A DNA stretch of 63,039 bases, filler included, from Reticulomyxa filosa (taxonomy: Eukaryota; Protista; Foraminifera): assembly GCA_000512085.1 (NCBI GenBank). It is 24 parts of 24 records of this genome, joined end to end, with 100 filler letters (N's around TTAATTAATTAA, not from the genome) between each part and the next. Parts side by side here need not be neighbours in the genome. Positions count along the whole stretch, not along the records: positions 23,460 to 24,459 come from ASPP01037907.1; positions 24,560 to 26,673 come from ASPP01020682.1; positions 26,774 to 28,194 come from ASPP01018958.1; positions 28,295 to 31,506 come from ASPP01043331.1; positions 31,607 to 32,694 come from ASPP01034543.1; positions 32,795 to 33,885 come from ASPP01001230.1; positions 33,986 to 39,425 come from ASPP01024120.1; 17 more parts are not named here. One strand, written 5' to 3'. The position numbers and the translations under genes are program-made. The notes beneath the pieces were generated by a model. The model saw nothing but the letters and a program-made list of their open reading frames with translations. It ran no database searches and was not told the DNA's origin. Numbering within the stretch: the first letter of the stretch is position 1; every line of letters starts with the position of its first letter. Shown in pieces: positions 23,612 to 37,145 of the stretch.

Positions 23612-25963
23612 TTGCTTGTTTGCTGGCTTTTTCCCAAATATTTGAAGGAAAAATAGAATTCTGAATTTATTTCTGCCCTTTTTCCTTTTTAAGTTTCCAA
23701 ACATGCTGTCGCTCTGTTAGGCGTTTAAGCAATATTGCAATTTAAAAAATTATTTTAAAAAACATGCTATATTGTTGTTGACTGTTGGTCCTTGTTTCAT
23801 TTGGTATTTTCCACCGCATTCCGTCTAATACAAGATGAAAAATTTTTTAAAAACATAATATAACATTAGTAAGTAGTTGAACTTGCTTTTTGTTATGTGA
23901 CAGCCAAATTGAATAATAAATTCTTCTATTATTGATATAAACTTTGCGATAGTTGTTCGGTTCCTATATGATAACATAGTATAGTAGCTTCTTTTAAGAT
24001 TTAACCAAGGTAACCAAAAATATTCAATAAAAAAAATAAAAGCAACTGTCAGTCTGTAGTACGTGTAGTATTAATCATTATCAGAAGTCCAAGTGAACCT
24101 CAGAACTCCCTTTATTCTGGTTCACGCTCACTTCAATCCTCAGTCTTTTGTTCTTCTTACTTTTGGTTGTTTGTTTTAGATCATTATTTTCTCGTTATTT
24201 AACAAATTTCGTTTTGTTGAAAGTTTGATCATGAGAGCTAATCAACCTTTCGTATTACATTTTGCGCAGTTCTTTTCAGCAGACATTCCACAAGCCATGT
24301 TTTCAAAAGACAATTTGCAGAGATAATGTTTTTCAAAATTGATTATACTTGATCGTCCAATTACCCCATTAAGTCAACGAAAAAAATTGTGGATTTAAAA
24401 AATTTAACAGACATTTGATTGTTAATACTGCAACGAAAACAATACATATTTTTAATTTTNNNNNNNNNNNNNNNNNNNNNNNNNNNNNNNNNNNNNNNNN
24501 NNNTTAATTAATTAANNNNNNNNNNNNNNNNNNNNNNNNNNNNNNNNNNNNNNNNNNNNAAAAAAAGAGTTGGGACAAAAAAAAAAAAAAGAATAGCCAA
24601 ACACGTTCACAAATACAAAACTTTTTGAATTATGTTTTCCAATTTAGGTCTTATCTTTTCCAAAGAAATGTCCATAATATCACACCACTCTTCTACCAGC
24701 TTCTGATCGCACCACACTTCGTCCTTCAACAAAAGTTTTGTAAACTCTTCCTCAAACCAGTTATCCCACACCTCCGTTAAGTTGGCTTTGCTACACCAGT
24801 TCCTAACTTTTATTTTGTTTTGCTTGTTGCTTAAAACAACTAAACAAAGAAAGATAGTAACAACTTACATCCTTCTGATGCAAAACGAAGCTTGCTCCAA
24901 TTCCCTTGGTCCTTTTCAAGACTTAAGCTAAGAAGAGCAAAGAAACTGTCATCCAACATATGGCCCTCGGAAATCACAGTATTTTTTGCCATCTTTAGTA
25001 TTTTAGAAAAGTAACACTCAAAATTTCAACGGGAAAAAAACAAACGCAGTTAACAACGAAAACTTTTATCCAGTATTAAAAATATGAGATACAATCAACT
25101 GCAAAAAAAAAGATCCTAAAGTCAATTCTTATAAATAATTGCAATTTCATTCGGGAAAATAAGCATTTTTAAGCATTTTTTTTAAAGTGATATCTGCTGA
25201 TGAATATAAAAATGTATTGAGTAAATAAGTCATAAAAAGATTATTAAAAAATGTTATATTTTTGAAAATGACTGATGCATCCGCAGAGTAATCATCCACC
25301 AACTACCAAAACGAGAAGGGATTTGAATCTTTTTTCCCTAAAACTTTTCCTTTTTCACTTCTACAAAAAGTTTTCTTGTTTTTCTTGACATTGACACTAT
25401 CAATAAAAAAGTTTGATATCTTTTTTGTAGAACTCGGAAATTAAAAAAAATTATAAAGCACTGTTGTACAGCCCACGAAGAGTGCATACTAACAGAAACT
25501 TTTTTAAGATCTTTTTTCTAAGTACCCAAAATTAAATGATGTAATAATTTGATGTTGTGTAAAAGTCAACGTTTTTTTAGAAGATCATATGAATTTATGT
25601 TTTTGTCTTGTCTAAATTAGTTTAAGATTGTTACACTTTCATGTGTTTTAAACAAAGTTTAAAAAAAGAATAGTTTTTGTTTAAGTGTTATAATTTGCTT
25701 GTTTGATTGGATAATTACAGTTTCTTTTACACAGTGTATTAAATCAACTTTAGATGGATGTTATCTATAATATTCGAAGCTGGGCAGTCAAAGATAAAGA
25801 TACGTTGCTTACATATTAAAAAATGATATCTATTTTATATGGATCTTTCAACACGGAAAGTTTAACCAGACAAACGGTCTTTTTCACTTTTAAAAAGAGA
25901 AGCGGGGTCCCTTCTCTCTGGAGAATAAAAAAAATTGTGTTTTTTGCTGGGTCTAAAGCTAAT

Positions 25964-26673
25964 ATGTCAGGAAAGTTAACTGGGTCAGCTCTTCGTCAGC
26001 TGTCGAGAGAACAGCTAATAAGTTGGTTAAATTCTCATGAGCAACGAGTACCCAGTGAAGAGCGTGACCGAGGGTACTACGTCCAGCGAATTATCAATTT
26101 CCAATCTGTTAGGGCATAAAAACGGAGGTACCGTTTTTTTTTTTTTTAAATTACAACACGACAAAAATAAAAATAAAAAGACGTGGACTGATGACGACCA
26201 AGAAGAAATAAACCAATCAAGTAGCAACAACAACAACAACACTAACTATAATCGACATGAGAACAAGAGAAGTGAAGTGCAAAAAAAAGGTGATGCGAAC
26301 ACGACGAAAAACGTTGACGAAAGAATATCGCGTAGGCAAAAATTTAGTGAGGCCGAAGATGGGAACAGAAGTGATTTATCATGTGAATCCCTTGCAACGC
26401 ACACTCGAACACAACGAATGAGACAAATTCCGACGTCTTTTGAAACAAAGACTTCTTCTTCTTTTTCTTTGGTTAACAAATATTTTTTTATTTTTCAAAA
26501 AAAAATCAAAGTCCTGAACGGTGCAACAATAACAAATATATATAGACCCATACAATTGCCAATGCAAGAAGTCGCCAAACTAGTGTCGATCCGGACCCAA
26601 GAGACCAAGAAAACACCAACACCACCAATACCAGCCGAACTGACAAAGAAAAGACAGTTGAGATTGGGGGGGG
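25964..26673 (+). CDS. Protein with N-terminal LEM-like/HeH domain, 5' partial, spliced
   Basis: LRQLSREQLISWLNSHEQRVPSEERDRGYYVQRI resembles the LAP2 LEM-like motif (LTKDKLKSEL..NVTLP.GEQRKDVYVQ). GT-AG intron at about 26108-26180, then a disordered region. Confidence 0.55.
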
Positions 26674-28296
26674 NNNNNNNNNNNNNNNNNNNNNNNNNNN
26701 NNNNNNNNNNNNNNNNNTTAATTAATTAANNNNNNNNNNNNNNNNNNNNNNNNNNNNNNNNNNNNNNNNNNNNCATTGAAATATTTGTTCTGTTTTGCTT
26801 TGTTATTTAAAAATATTCAAAAAATCGCTTTCAGTTTTAAAAATTCAAAAGCATAACAAGTGAAAATTGTGTTCAAATATCAAAATAAATTAATTCCTTT
26901 TCAATCTTTTTTTTGTTCAGTAGAATTATAAAGTATGAAGTTTAAAAGCATTGCTTAGTGCAGCAAAAATAAATCAATCTAAGTTTATATGTTCAACCAA
27001 ACACTTGAATTTGTTTTCCAGATGATAAATCTCATATCTGAATAGTCTTGCCATATGAACAAGAGCAATCTTAGAACAATCTGACCAAAGTTCTACTGCA
27101 CTTACTTTATCTAAATTCCTTCTAAATATGAATATTTTCCAAAGTAAATATTATTCATTGATGTGACTTTACTATTGTTATCAGATATTTTTGTAACTCA
27201 GACACCAAATTTATTATTTCATTACTCGTCATTGCATTTCCACTTTGAGTAATTAAATATTGCATGCTGTCTTATTTTCTTGGCTTTTATTTCATAAGGT
27301 GATCCTAATTTGATTATATAAAAGCTTGGTAGCGATTGTCCTTTACATGAATTGAGTTATTATTTGAACTGATGATGTGTTCTGAATTGAAAATCATTGA
27401 CTTTGCAATACACGTTGCAATGATGCAATGGCATCATTGTATACGACGATTTTTCATGTATTTTGGCAAGTAATGACTGGCGCTATTGTCTAACAATGAC
27501 AGTTTGCTTGTAACTTTCCACACAAAACTACGCGTTTTATGAAAGGGCAATTGTGCCACGTTTGATGACAGATGTTGAGTCTCTAATCCAATTGCAGGAT
27601 TGTTGAAATTGAGACTGATGTCTTGTTCTTATGATTTAAAAAGTATTGCAAAAAAAAAATTGGACATGGCAATTGAACAAAAACAACACACTGAATCGAC
27701 AGACAAATTTTCTAACAAGTCTTATGTTGCATGCTTACGAAATGTCTTATTACTTATTTGTTTTGTATTATCATTGTCGTTTTGTATGGACAGTTGGATA
27801 ATGCTTTATTGCATATAAAAAAAAGCAAATAAAAATGGGATTTATGTTATGTCGTGGGCTGGAACATTCCCATTTGGCAAAATGAGATCAACAATGTGCT
27901 AATAGATACACAAGCAAACATTACTCATTCCTGCGGGCAGTGAGGTCATTGATATGTGGTGACTGTTGGATAATGTAGACTTGTCTTTATTAGAGCCACA
28001 CACAGAATATTGACCGCTTTTGGGAAAAGTGAATCGCAGCATGCGCATGAAGGTCAAAACGCTTAGTTGGAATTACAAATACAGCAGTTACTACATCGTA
28101 TCAATTATATTACAAAACATCAAGTTGAATTTTTTCAAAAACTACGAAAGATACAGTAGGTTGCAAAGAAAACTGAACGCCTAAAACAATATCTNNNNNN
28201 NNNNNNNNNNNNNNNNNNNNNNNNNNNNNNNNNNNNNNTTAATTAATTAANNNNNNNNNNNNNNNNNNNNNNNNNNNNNNNNNNNNNNNNNNNNCT

Positions 28297-28368
28297 GATC
28301 ACATTGATGTTGCTGATTCATATAAAAATTTGGCATTAGTTTATTATGATAAACATCATCTAAATTGA
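28297..28368 (+). CDS. C-terminal fragment of a kinesin-light-chain-type TPR protein
   Basis: DHIDVADSYKNLALVYYDK at the contig start, then a stop. Confidence 0.5.
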   Translation, partial: DHIDVADSYKNLALVYYDKHHLN

Positions 28369-29099
28369 TTTGCAATGCAATGCCAATGTTATTATTTTTT
28401 TCATTTTTTTTGCATTTTGTTCATAAGGCATGACAGGATGTGAAAATGGAATATATTTAACAATTTTATGCAAATTGTTCCTTTGAATTGTGTGATATAC
28501 TTTACATTAATCATTGATTTTTTGATAATATCCAGATTAATTATTTCTCACATTGTAATTATTTAATTAATTTGAATTTTTAATTTTTTAAAATTTACTT
28601 GATTTATTCATTTCATTCTATATATTTAATAATCAAATATTTTTAAAAATTCAATAATATCATTTCCAAATTTTGATAATACATTTGATTCTTTTATTTT
28701 TTAAAATTAATAAATAACAAATTGTGATTATTTATTATAAAATATATTATAATTTCACTGAGTTCTTTAATTCAATTCATTCTTTGTTTTCTTAATTTCA
28801 TTTAAATACATTTTAATTTATTCAACATTATACTTTCTTTACAGAAAATTATTACTTCCAGTTTGAAAATTTGTTAACATATTTTACAAACAGCAAAAAT
28901 GGATGCGTATATTTCATTCAAACAAAAGTACTTAAAGCTGAACCTTTTTAAAATGTGGGCTATTGTATGTTGTGTTTTCGAAGGTAGTTTAGCAAGAAGA
29001 AAGGATCCAAGCAAAGCAAAAAAAAAAAAAAGAATGGAACTATAAAAAAAGAGTTGTTGACAGTCGAAATAATCAGTGGTGAGAATATTAAAAACCAAA

Positions 29100-29938
29100 A
29101 GCAGACTAATATTTACGTAAAACTACATTTGGACAACGACTCTGTTTTTGGTATTTCTTCGACTTTGTCATATCACATATTATGGAATCAAAAATTCGAT
29201 TTTCCCATAAAAAACATAGCCTGAAAAATGGTCGAAAGTGATAATAGTGAGCAATGGCGATCCCCAAAAAAAAAAGGCAATGCTAGCTTCAAAATCGCTT
29301 TGAAAGATTTGGTCGAGAGTAATGACGGAGAAATGAGCAATATCAAATTCAAGATTCCCAACTTCCAATTGGGAACTATTTTGGTCATGAGTTTATCTTA
29401 CAATAAAGAAGACGAAAATGAAAGTCAAGATGATGGCAACAATCCAATTAAAAAAAAAAAAGCTGATCATACATATACATATAATCATACAAATATCAAT
29501 TACAAAAAAAAAAAAGCTATCAACGATGAAACTAGGGTTGTCTGAAGAAATAAGCATAACACAGTCGAGACGCAGAAAGCTGAACAGCTACGAGCACGTT
29601 GCAGCGAACAACCAAACTTCAATATGACGACCAACAACCAAGATAAGATAGATTCGACTAAAGCCCCGACCACAACACCAAAAAGTGGTGATAGAGCAGG
29701 AAACGAATGAAATATCAGAACTATTCCAAGGAAATCGGCCCATCAGTTTCATTTGGAATACAAGCAAGCCAATCCCGATGCATATAACAATGAACAAGGC
29801 CCAGATCATATCAAAGAGGATCCATACATATCCACCACAGCTTGTTTTCCATTGCCTCATGCGTCGTTTCCTTCGCGACCCCTTCCTCCTCATCCACTGC
29901 CGATGGCGGATCATGAATATCAACACATCTACCCATAA
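29100..29938 (+). CDS. Hypothetical protein, possible C2 domain followed by Pro-rich tail (frameshifted/spliced)
   Basis: NIYVKLHL...LWNQKFDFPI...KGNASFKIALKDL fits a C2 pattern. The tail reads PSRPLPPHPLP. Confidence 0.35.
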
Positions 29939-31275
29939 GACAGTGTCGATATATTTTTACTTTACATCCAAACGATGTTTGTTTTGTTCTTTTTCTTTTC
30001 AATGCAATAATAGGTCATTTTCGTGCTTTTTTTTTCTCAAACATATACACTTTCTTTCAATCTCAAAGCTTTTGTTCTGTTTTCAAAGTACAATTTTGAG
30101 CGAAATACAAACTTGTCCGTGATCCTAAGTGATATTTGACAAAGCAATGGCGAACACAAACCAACGAAAAAAGCGGTCAAAGAATATTTGACGAGATAAA
30201 ATTTTTAAGACCATCTTTGGCTATATTTATTGTTCAATTTTTGTAAATTTGATATATGTGGGAGTGTTTGTTTTGCTTTTTGTGGTTTCACAAAGTGAGA
30301 CAAGTTTAATGAATGAGTTGAATTTACTATTAAATAAGTGCATATTGCCAAAAAAAAAATAATTTCATTCGTTTTTTTTTCCAACTTGGAATCGTTGTTT
30401 TGTAGACAATACTGCTTTGCGTGCACTTCATCCATAAATGATAATAATATAAAAAACTTTTCCATTTGATCTGATTGAAATAAATTATCTGTTTTCTCCA
30501 ATCAATTATTTTTTTATAAATTATTAATTTCAATGATAATTTTGTTTAGCCAGGCAGAAAAATGCTTTTAATTGATGAAACTGATGGGATAAAGTCTCAA
30601 CACAACAAACAATACCAAAGAAAAGATGTTGAAATGTATTATTGTAATTAAATAGCGTCCTTAATATAATGATTGAAGTGATAATACAATTGGAAAAAAA
30701 ATAATTTTATAATTGAACAAAATACTAGATAGTACTTTGTCCAGATCCATTGCAAAATAATTTCATATCAATTACCATTATTTTTGAAGAGTTGATATAT
30801 TTTGATGAACTTTTTCTGTTAAAAAACTGAATAATTTGAAAAAAAAAGTGTGTAAAAGGTAAGGGACCAGGACCATAATTAAGTTTATAACTACCTCAAT
30901 GGTAGCAATTCATTAAAAAATGATTTTATGTGTAAGGATCTATTTGGTGGCTTCTGGTGTCGGAACCCGGCTTTGGTCCTACATAAGAGCATTTACTTTT
31001 TTTTTTTATCAAAAATTGTTATTATTACGAGAGATTTTTTGGTAAATCTTCAAAACAAAAATAATCTTTTATTTTCATCATTTTCCTGCGATAGGATCCT
31101 TTTTTTGGTATTTACTCAATTATCAACTCTTGTATTTTGGGAATTTGACAATTGAATATGACCGTCTGAAGCAGAGTATTGTCAGATTCTTATGTAGTGA
31201 TTGCCTTGGGCCCGTTTTGCGCGTGTACCCCAATACATGTTACATTTAATTGTTGTCTTTCGACTCCTCTTCCTT

Positions 31276-31506
31276 TTATGCGTCTGGATTTTTCTTTTGT
31301 TGCTCCTTCTCCTCTTCAACCTGCTCCAACATGTCGTGCACACGTTTCAAGTCGTTTTCAATATTGGCGAGCTCGGCCTCCAAGTTGTCCGTTTCGATGC
31401 GGATCACATCGGGTAGACATGCAAAGTCTTCCACCCAATTCAATGATTCGGGGTATGACTCACGCAAAAACACGTATATATATCCAAGCAAACTCATTGA
31501 ATTGTC
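31276..31506 (-). CDS. Formin FH2 domain fragment (ends prematurely; possibly a pseudogene)
   Basis: MSLLGYIYVFLRESYPESLNWVEDFACLPDVIRIETDNLEAELANIENDLKRV matches the FH2 TLLHY...PELL.F..EL segment. Confidence 0.6.
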   Translation of the reverse strand, partial: DNSMSLLGYIYVFLRESYPESLNWVEDFACLPDVIRIETDNLEAELANIENDLKRVHDMLEQVEEEKEQQKKNPDA

Positions 31507-31606
31507 NNNNNNNNNNNNNNNNNNNNNNNNNNNNNNNNNNNNNNNNNNNNTTAATTAATTAANNNNNNNNNNNNNNNNNNNNNNNNNNNNNNNNNNNNNN
31601 NNNNNN

Positions 31607-32486
31607 CAAACATTCCATCAACACAAACAACTACTCTAAAGATGAATCATGGGTGAAATTCCTTAAAAAAATATCGACAAAATTGAATGACAAACAGTTG
31701 TATTTATTGGTGATACATTTGTTGGAAAGAGCGAAAAAGAAATGTAAACAGTATGTCCAAGATGCATTGTCAAAAATATCCGAAGATATGTGGAAACGTG
31801 CAACAATTTGTGGATTGAAAGAAAATATCCAAATGAAAAATGAAAATACATTGACGAACAAACAGAGTTCAAATAATCGTATTTGTAAAACAGACAATGA
31901 CACAAACATTCAATTATTGGTTTTTGGTTTGGCGACATTCAATCCTTATATTCGATTGAACTGTGATGATAATAATACCAATTCCGATGCTTTGAATGAG
32001 TTAATCAGATACTGTGATGAACAAGCCATTGAATGGAAATTCCCAACCCATCAATCAAAATGGACTAATGATAATAATTACAATGATATTCAATATCCTT
32101 GTTTGAATAATGAAATTGAAGAAGTTTCTAATGATGAGAATGCATACAAAGGATGTTACACTATTGTTCATGAAGCAGCAAGGTCAAGAGACTTGTCACA
32201 ATTCAAATTGACATTGCAAAATCATCCTGATATTGATATAAATGATTCATGTAACGAACATCGACAAACTCCATTACATTTGGCAATCAATCATCAACAC
32301 TGGGATATTGCTCGTTATTGCATTGAGCAAGGTGCATATATTGATATCAAAGAGGGTGCTGTCAACTCTCTCATCTTGAGAACTCCTTTTGAAAATATCA
32401 TGAAATATCTTTGCTTGTCTTTTTATTTGCTGCTTCGGTTGCAGTGTGCTCCCTTTCGTCCAGTCTCCTATTCGTCCCTTTGCTAG
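31607..32486 (+). CDS. Ankyrin-repeat protein, 5' partial
   Basis: TIVHEAARSRDL...DIDIN and QTPLHLAINHQHWDIARYCIEQGAYIDI. Confidence 0.8.
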
Positions 32487-32794
32487 CCACAGTCGGGTCC
32501 ACCACATTTCCTTAGATTTTTACACCTTTTTTTTTTTTTGAGGACGCTGGATCGATAGCAGTTGTTGCCTTATTTTCTTATCCACGTTCATCATGGTCGA
32601 GAGAGGAGACCTTTTTTTTTTTTTGCAATGCCAAAGTTTATCGAGTTTAATTGTGCTGTATCTTTTGTGTTTTCTTCAACGAGAGAAAAAAAAANNNNNN
32701 NNNNNNNNNNNNNNNNNNNNNNNNNNNNNNNNNNNNNNTTAATTAATTAANNNNNNNNNNNNNNNNNNNNNNNNNNNNNNNNNNNNNNNNNNNN

Positions 32795-32836
<42 letters not shown>

Positions 32837-32989
32837 CCGCTTTCATGATGCGAAATTGCTCACTCCCTCTTCTTCCCCTCCCCTCCTTTGTATCTGTGTT
32901 TTTATTCCTCCCCTTTGCCCCCAATTGACAAATTCAAACACACACACACCACAAAAAAAAACAAAAAATAGCAGCAAATCCTGCGACAA

Positions 32990-33740
32990 ATGTCAATGTA
33001 CCCAGCGCAGCCGCAAGTGAACAAGAACCGCTTGCCGCACCGGCTTCGGCATCGGGCCCATTCCGTCGTGGTAATGTTTGTGTCAAACCGTATATTTGCG
33101 TATATCCAAATTAAGCGATAGCTTATGATAAAACAGAATTGCTAATAACATGAATGACAAATAATAAAACAATAACAAAATAATAAATAATAAATAATAA
33201 ATAATAACAAAAGGGACAAGTGGATATCGGCCTCCTCATCAACGCGGAGAAAAAGTGGAGGCCAAGCGATTTGAGGATGACTTTTCGAGAGACAAAAATG
33301 CCAAAGTGGGTTATAAAAACAAAGACAGCAGAGATAGACAAAAGGATACCACTGAGACAAGTGGAGGAACGGGACGCTCTTTAAACAGATTTGATATGGG
33401 CAAAGGGTATGAACGTAAATCACAGTATGACAAAGGCGAGGGTTTTTCCAGAGGGGGTGATCGTGATCGAGACAAAGATTGGGATAGAGATCGAGATCGA
33501 AACTTTCCAAGGAATCGACGAGAACACTGGAATCACAATGACGCCAATCGAGGCATAGAACGAGGGGATGTACGAACCGAAAGAGAACGAGAACCTGCAA
33601 TTGATCGGGAGCGAGAGGAAGAAGACAAAGATCGCAATGTTACCAATGTAAGCCAACAAAGAGACATCAAACCGAAAGGCGACGTGCAAAGTGACTTTGC
33701 ATTTAAAAGGCAGTCTGCTCGTTTTCAGAGTTCGGCAGGG
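32990..33740 (+). CDS. Hypothetical RD/RE-rich low-complexity protein, 5' portion
   Basis: Spliced start, GYRPPHQ motif and an RGG/RDRD-rich ORF at 33255 onward. Confidence 0.5.
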
Positions 33741-33839
33741 TATGTTTTATTTTTATTTTATTTTTTTTTATTTTTAACTTTTGAAACGAAAAGCAAGACC
33801 TCTCAATTATATACATATTTTATGTGTGTAAACAATGAC

Positions 33840-33875
<36 letters not shown>

Positions 33876-34922
33876 TTTTTAAAAANNNNNNNNNNNNNNN
33901 NNNNNNNNNNNNNNNNNNNNNNNNNNNNNTTAATTAATTAANNNNNNNNNNNNNNNNNNNNNNNNNNNNNNNNNNNNNNNNNNNNAAAAAAAGTACGATG
34001 ATTGTCACTTCTTTTTTAGAATTCCTGTTTTTAGATTATTTTATTTTGCCTTCGGCATAAAAACGAAAGAGACAGATTGAGACTGGCCGCAATAATCACA
34101 AAAATCGAAATTTTGTAGTCTTTTTGTACATTTTTTATTGATAAAAAATGTCGCAACTAATTTCCGTTTTGCTGGACTTACAGAATTAGTTGTTTTTTTT
34201 GAAGAAATTCTAGAGCAAAAGTTTTTGAAAACGTGATCCTTTATAACCAATTTTGATATCAAATTAAAAAAACTAAGCGTCTAATCACTTCATCCTCAAG
34301 ATATAAATTTTTTAACACGATTTTCAGTTTCACGAAACATACATAATGAATATGTCTGTATATAATCAACAATATTTACTGCAACAAAGTCCTTCGCCTT
34401 CTCTAAATTAATGAATTAATTTCCATAATTGGCATATGTCTTAAGCTATGGCTTAAACTTGGTACAAATATTTCTGATTCTGACATGTTGAACATATACT
34501 TAATGATCGCATGTTGAATAGCGTCAATTGACAAGGTACGATTTCAAAAATGGAAAGTGAAAATCGTAAAAAAATAAAAAAGATGAAGACTGAGCAAAAG
34601 CTGTCGAAGGCAAAAGCTGTCGAAGGCAAAAGAAACATACTAAACATGAAGTAAAATCATGTAATTGACGATGATTTGTTTATTCTTCACGTCATTCTGT
34701 GTTAAGAGACAAGCCTACGAATTTTATTTCAAATTAAAGCTCAAAAAAACTTGTGTTTCTTAAGAATTGTGACCAGAGCAAAGAACAAGAATTGATACAG
34801 TCGAATACACGGTTTGTTTGTAAAAAAAAAAGTTCAAGAAGGAGCCAATAAATCGGCATTGACGTGCTTCGCACAATATCCGTCAAAAAAAAAAAAAAAA
34901 CTAAACTTTGTGGTAGTAATAG

Positions 34923-35711
34923 ATGGGGAATAGTAATCTTGTGAACTTGAAATCGCGCAAGGTCCCGCTCACAGCAACGCCAACGCAACAGCTGGACGAG
35001 CAAAAGATCCGAAAGAAGCTAGTGACGGGACACATGAAGGGAGTGACAGCGATGGACATGTGTGTGTTGAGTTCGCAGAACGTGCGTATGGCAAGCGTAT
35101 CACAAGACGGGAACCTGTTGGTGTGGGACGTGCAGAAGGACCAGTTGATGTCAAAGAGCAGCAAGTTGGTGTACCTGGAGCAATGGAAGATATCGTTGAC
35201 AAGCTGCTTCATGATGGCATTGGCGTTGCACAGTTCAGGACGCTACGTGGCGACAGGAGGCATGGATAACGTGTGTCAATCTACCAGCTGCCCTCGGCGG
35301 ACACGACGAACAAGACAAAGAAATTCATCGCGCTGACATTGGACAAGTTGGGCGTGGTCGAGTCGAGTCGCGACTTTATCCCAGCCATTCAGTTCGACTG
35401 TCACGACCACGTGTACTTTGCCAGCGGCGATGGGTTTGTGTACATTGCAAGATTCTTGCCCGACGTGGCCGTGTTGCATCAAATCCGAATCGGCGTGCGT
35501 GCGGTCGAGACCATGCACTGCTACTTCCATTACAATGATCACACCCATGATCATGCGCAATATCATTATGATGATATTGCTATACTCGCTACTGTGTCAC
35601 AAGACTGTGGTATTCAAATACGACGCACCAAGTCTTTTCATCGATCATTATCTTTACTCGATCACAATAATGACAATAATAATGATAATAATAATAATGA
35701 TAATAATAATG

Positions 35712-35748
<37 letters not shown>

Positions 35749-36310
35749 TGAATTGTTTCCAGTAATTCAAACAATCGAGTCAACAAAACCTACACACTTT
35801 AACACATTGAAACTATCACCCAATGGGATGTACTTGGCCTGCGGGGACGGAAAGGGCCGCTGCCTTTTGCACAAGTGGAACGGCGGAAGCAATGCATTCG
35901 ACTTGCTGTACGAATACCAACACCACTCGCCAAATGCGGGAAGCGACTCGCAGGTGCTGGCCATTTGCTGGGCCACTGATGACTGCGCCGTCTTTGGCAT
36001 GAACGAACAGGGCGACATGATCGCCGTCCAAATCATCGATCAACTCTGCAAAGACGCATTCATACACTGCGTGTCCTCGTATTACAACCTGCCTCTCGAT
36101 GACAGGTCCGACTTCTCCAAAGACTTGGCCAATCTCGTTCTCGACTTTGCCGGCGGCGCTTATGTCCACTTCCATATCACACACGATCTCGGGCCTCAAA
36201 AAATCACCTCGTTGTGCAGCTTGAGTCATCTCAAATACGCACCCTATGTCTTTGGCGCTTCTTCTTGGAGTTCACTTAACCAATTCTTCGTTCTCAATCA
36301 CTCGCTTTAA
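34923..36310 (+). CDS. Divergent G-protein beta-like WD40 protein with poly-Asn insert (one homopolymer frameshift near 35276)
   Basis: GHMKGVTAM, ASVSQDGNLLVWD and MMALALHSSGRYVATGGMDNVC/SIYQL parallel G-beta repeats 1-2 ([46 protein letters not shown]). Confidence 0.75.
35666..35748 (+). repeat. (AAT)n/(GAT) coding microsatellite encoding poly-Asn/Asp
   Basis: Read directly from the sequence. Confidence 0.95.
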
Positions 36311-37145
36311 CTTTGCTTTTTTCCTTCATTGTTTTGGTTTTTTTTTTTAATATAGTCTAATTGGGGAAGGGGGGGGGGGGAGGGGGGAAACAAAAAAAAA
36401 TATACAAACTTGCGAGTGGTTTGACAAATACATGGTTTTTTGCAAACTTATTTCTTACCACTTTATACAAGACTAACAGAGAGAAAGGGAGAGAAGGAGA
36501 AGGGACATTTGAATTTTCTCGTCTTCTATTCCTCCTCCCTCCAAATCCTCTTTTTTTTATTTTATTTTTTTTTCATACACACATATAGCACATATGCTTC
36601 TCGTTCCCTGTGTCCTCTGTCCTTTTCTTTTTCTTTCTTTTTCTCTCTTTCTTCTTCCATTCACACCGATCCTTCTCCTCTTCTTCTTGGCTTTGAAGGA
36701 TGTGATCCACACAGGGCAACTTTCCCGTCTAATTTCAACTCGAGAGAGAGAGAAAGAGCTGTTGTTTTTTGTTGTCACCCTTTTTTTTCTTTTTTTTTTA
36801 AGGATGTTTCTTATTCTCTCGAAAGTACATTTTGTAAGTAAGTAAACACAATGGATACGAAAACATTGTCATGGTCTTTCTTTTTTTTGGAAAAAATCTC
36901 GGTACTCACAAATCTTTTCATTTAAAAAAAATATGGCATTTATAAAAATTTTTTTGTTTAAATATGAATGAATGGCAACTTTGAAAGAATTAGTTCAAAA
37001 CTGTAATCATATCAGAAGAAGAGGATCAAGACAAATGTACAAACTAACTTTACAAACGTAAAATTAAGCACAAAAAAAAAAAAAAATAAAATAAATAGCA
37101 TAGGCTTGGTTATTAATGTATACATATATGAGTATTTTTTTATTG

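Noticed and set aside
26774-28194. Short ORFs on this contig, and on 14121-15685 and 9850-10655, as genes
   Set aside because: No recognisable motif and frequent stops. They may be decayed coding sequence but cannot be assigned by eye.
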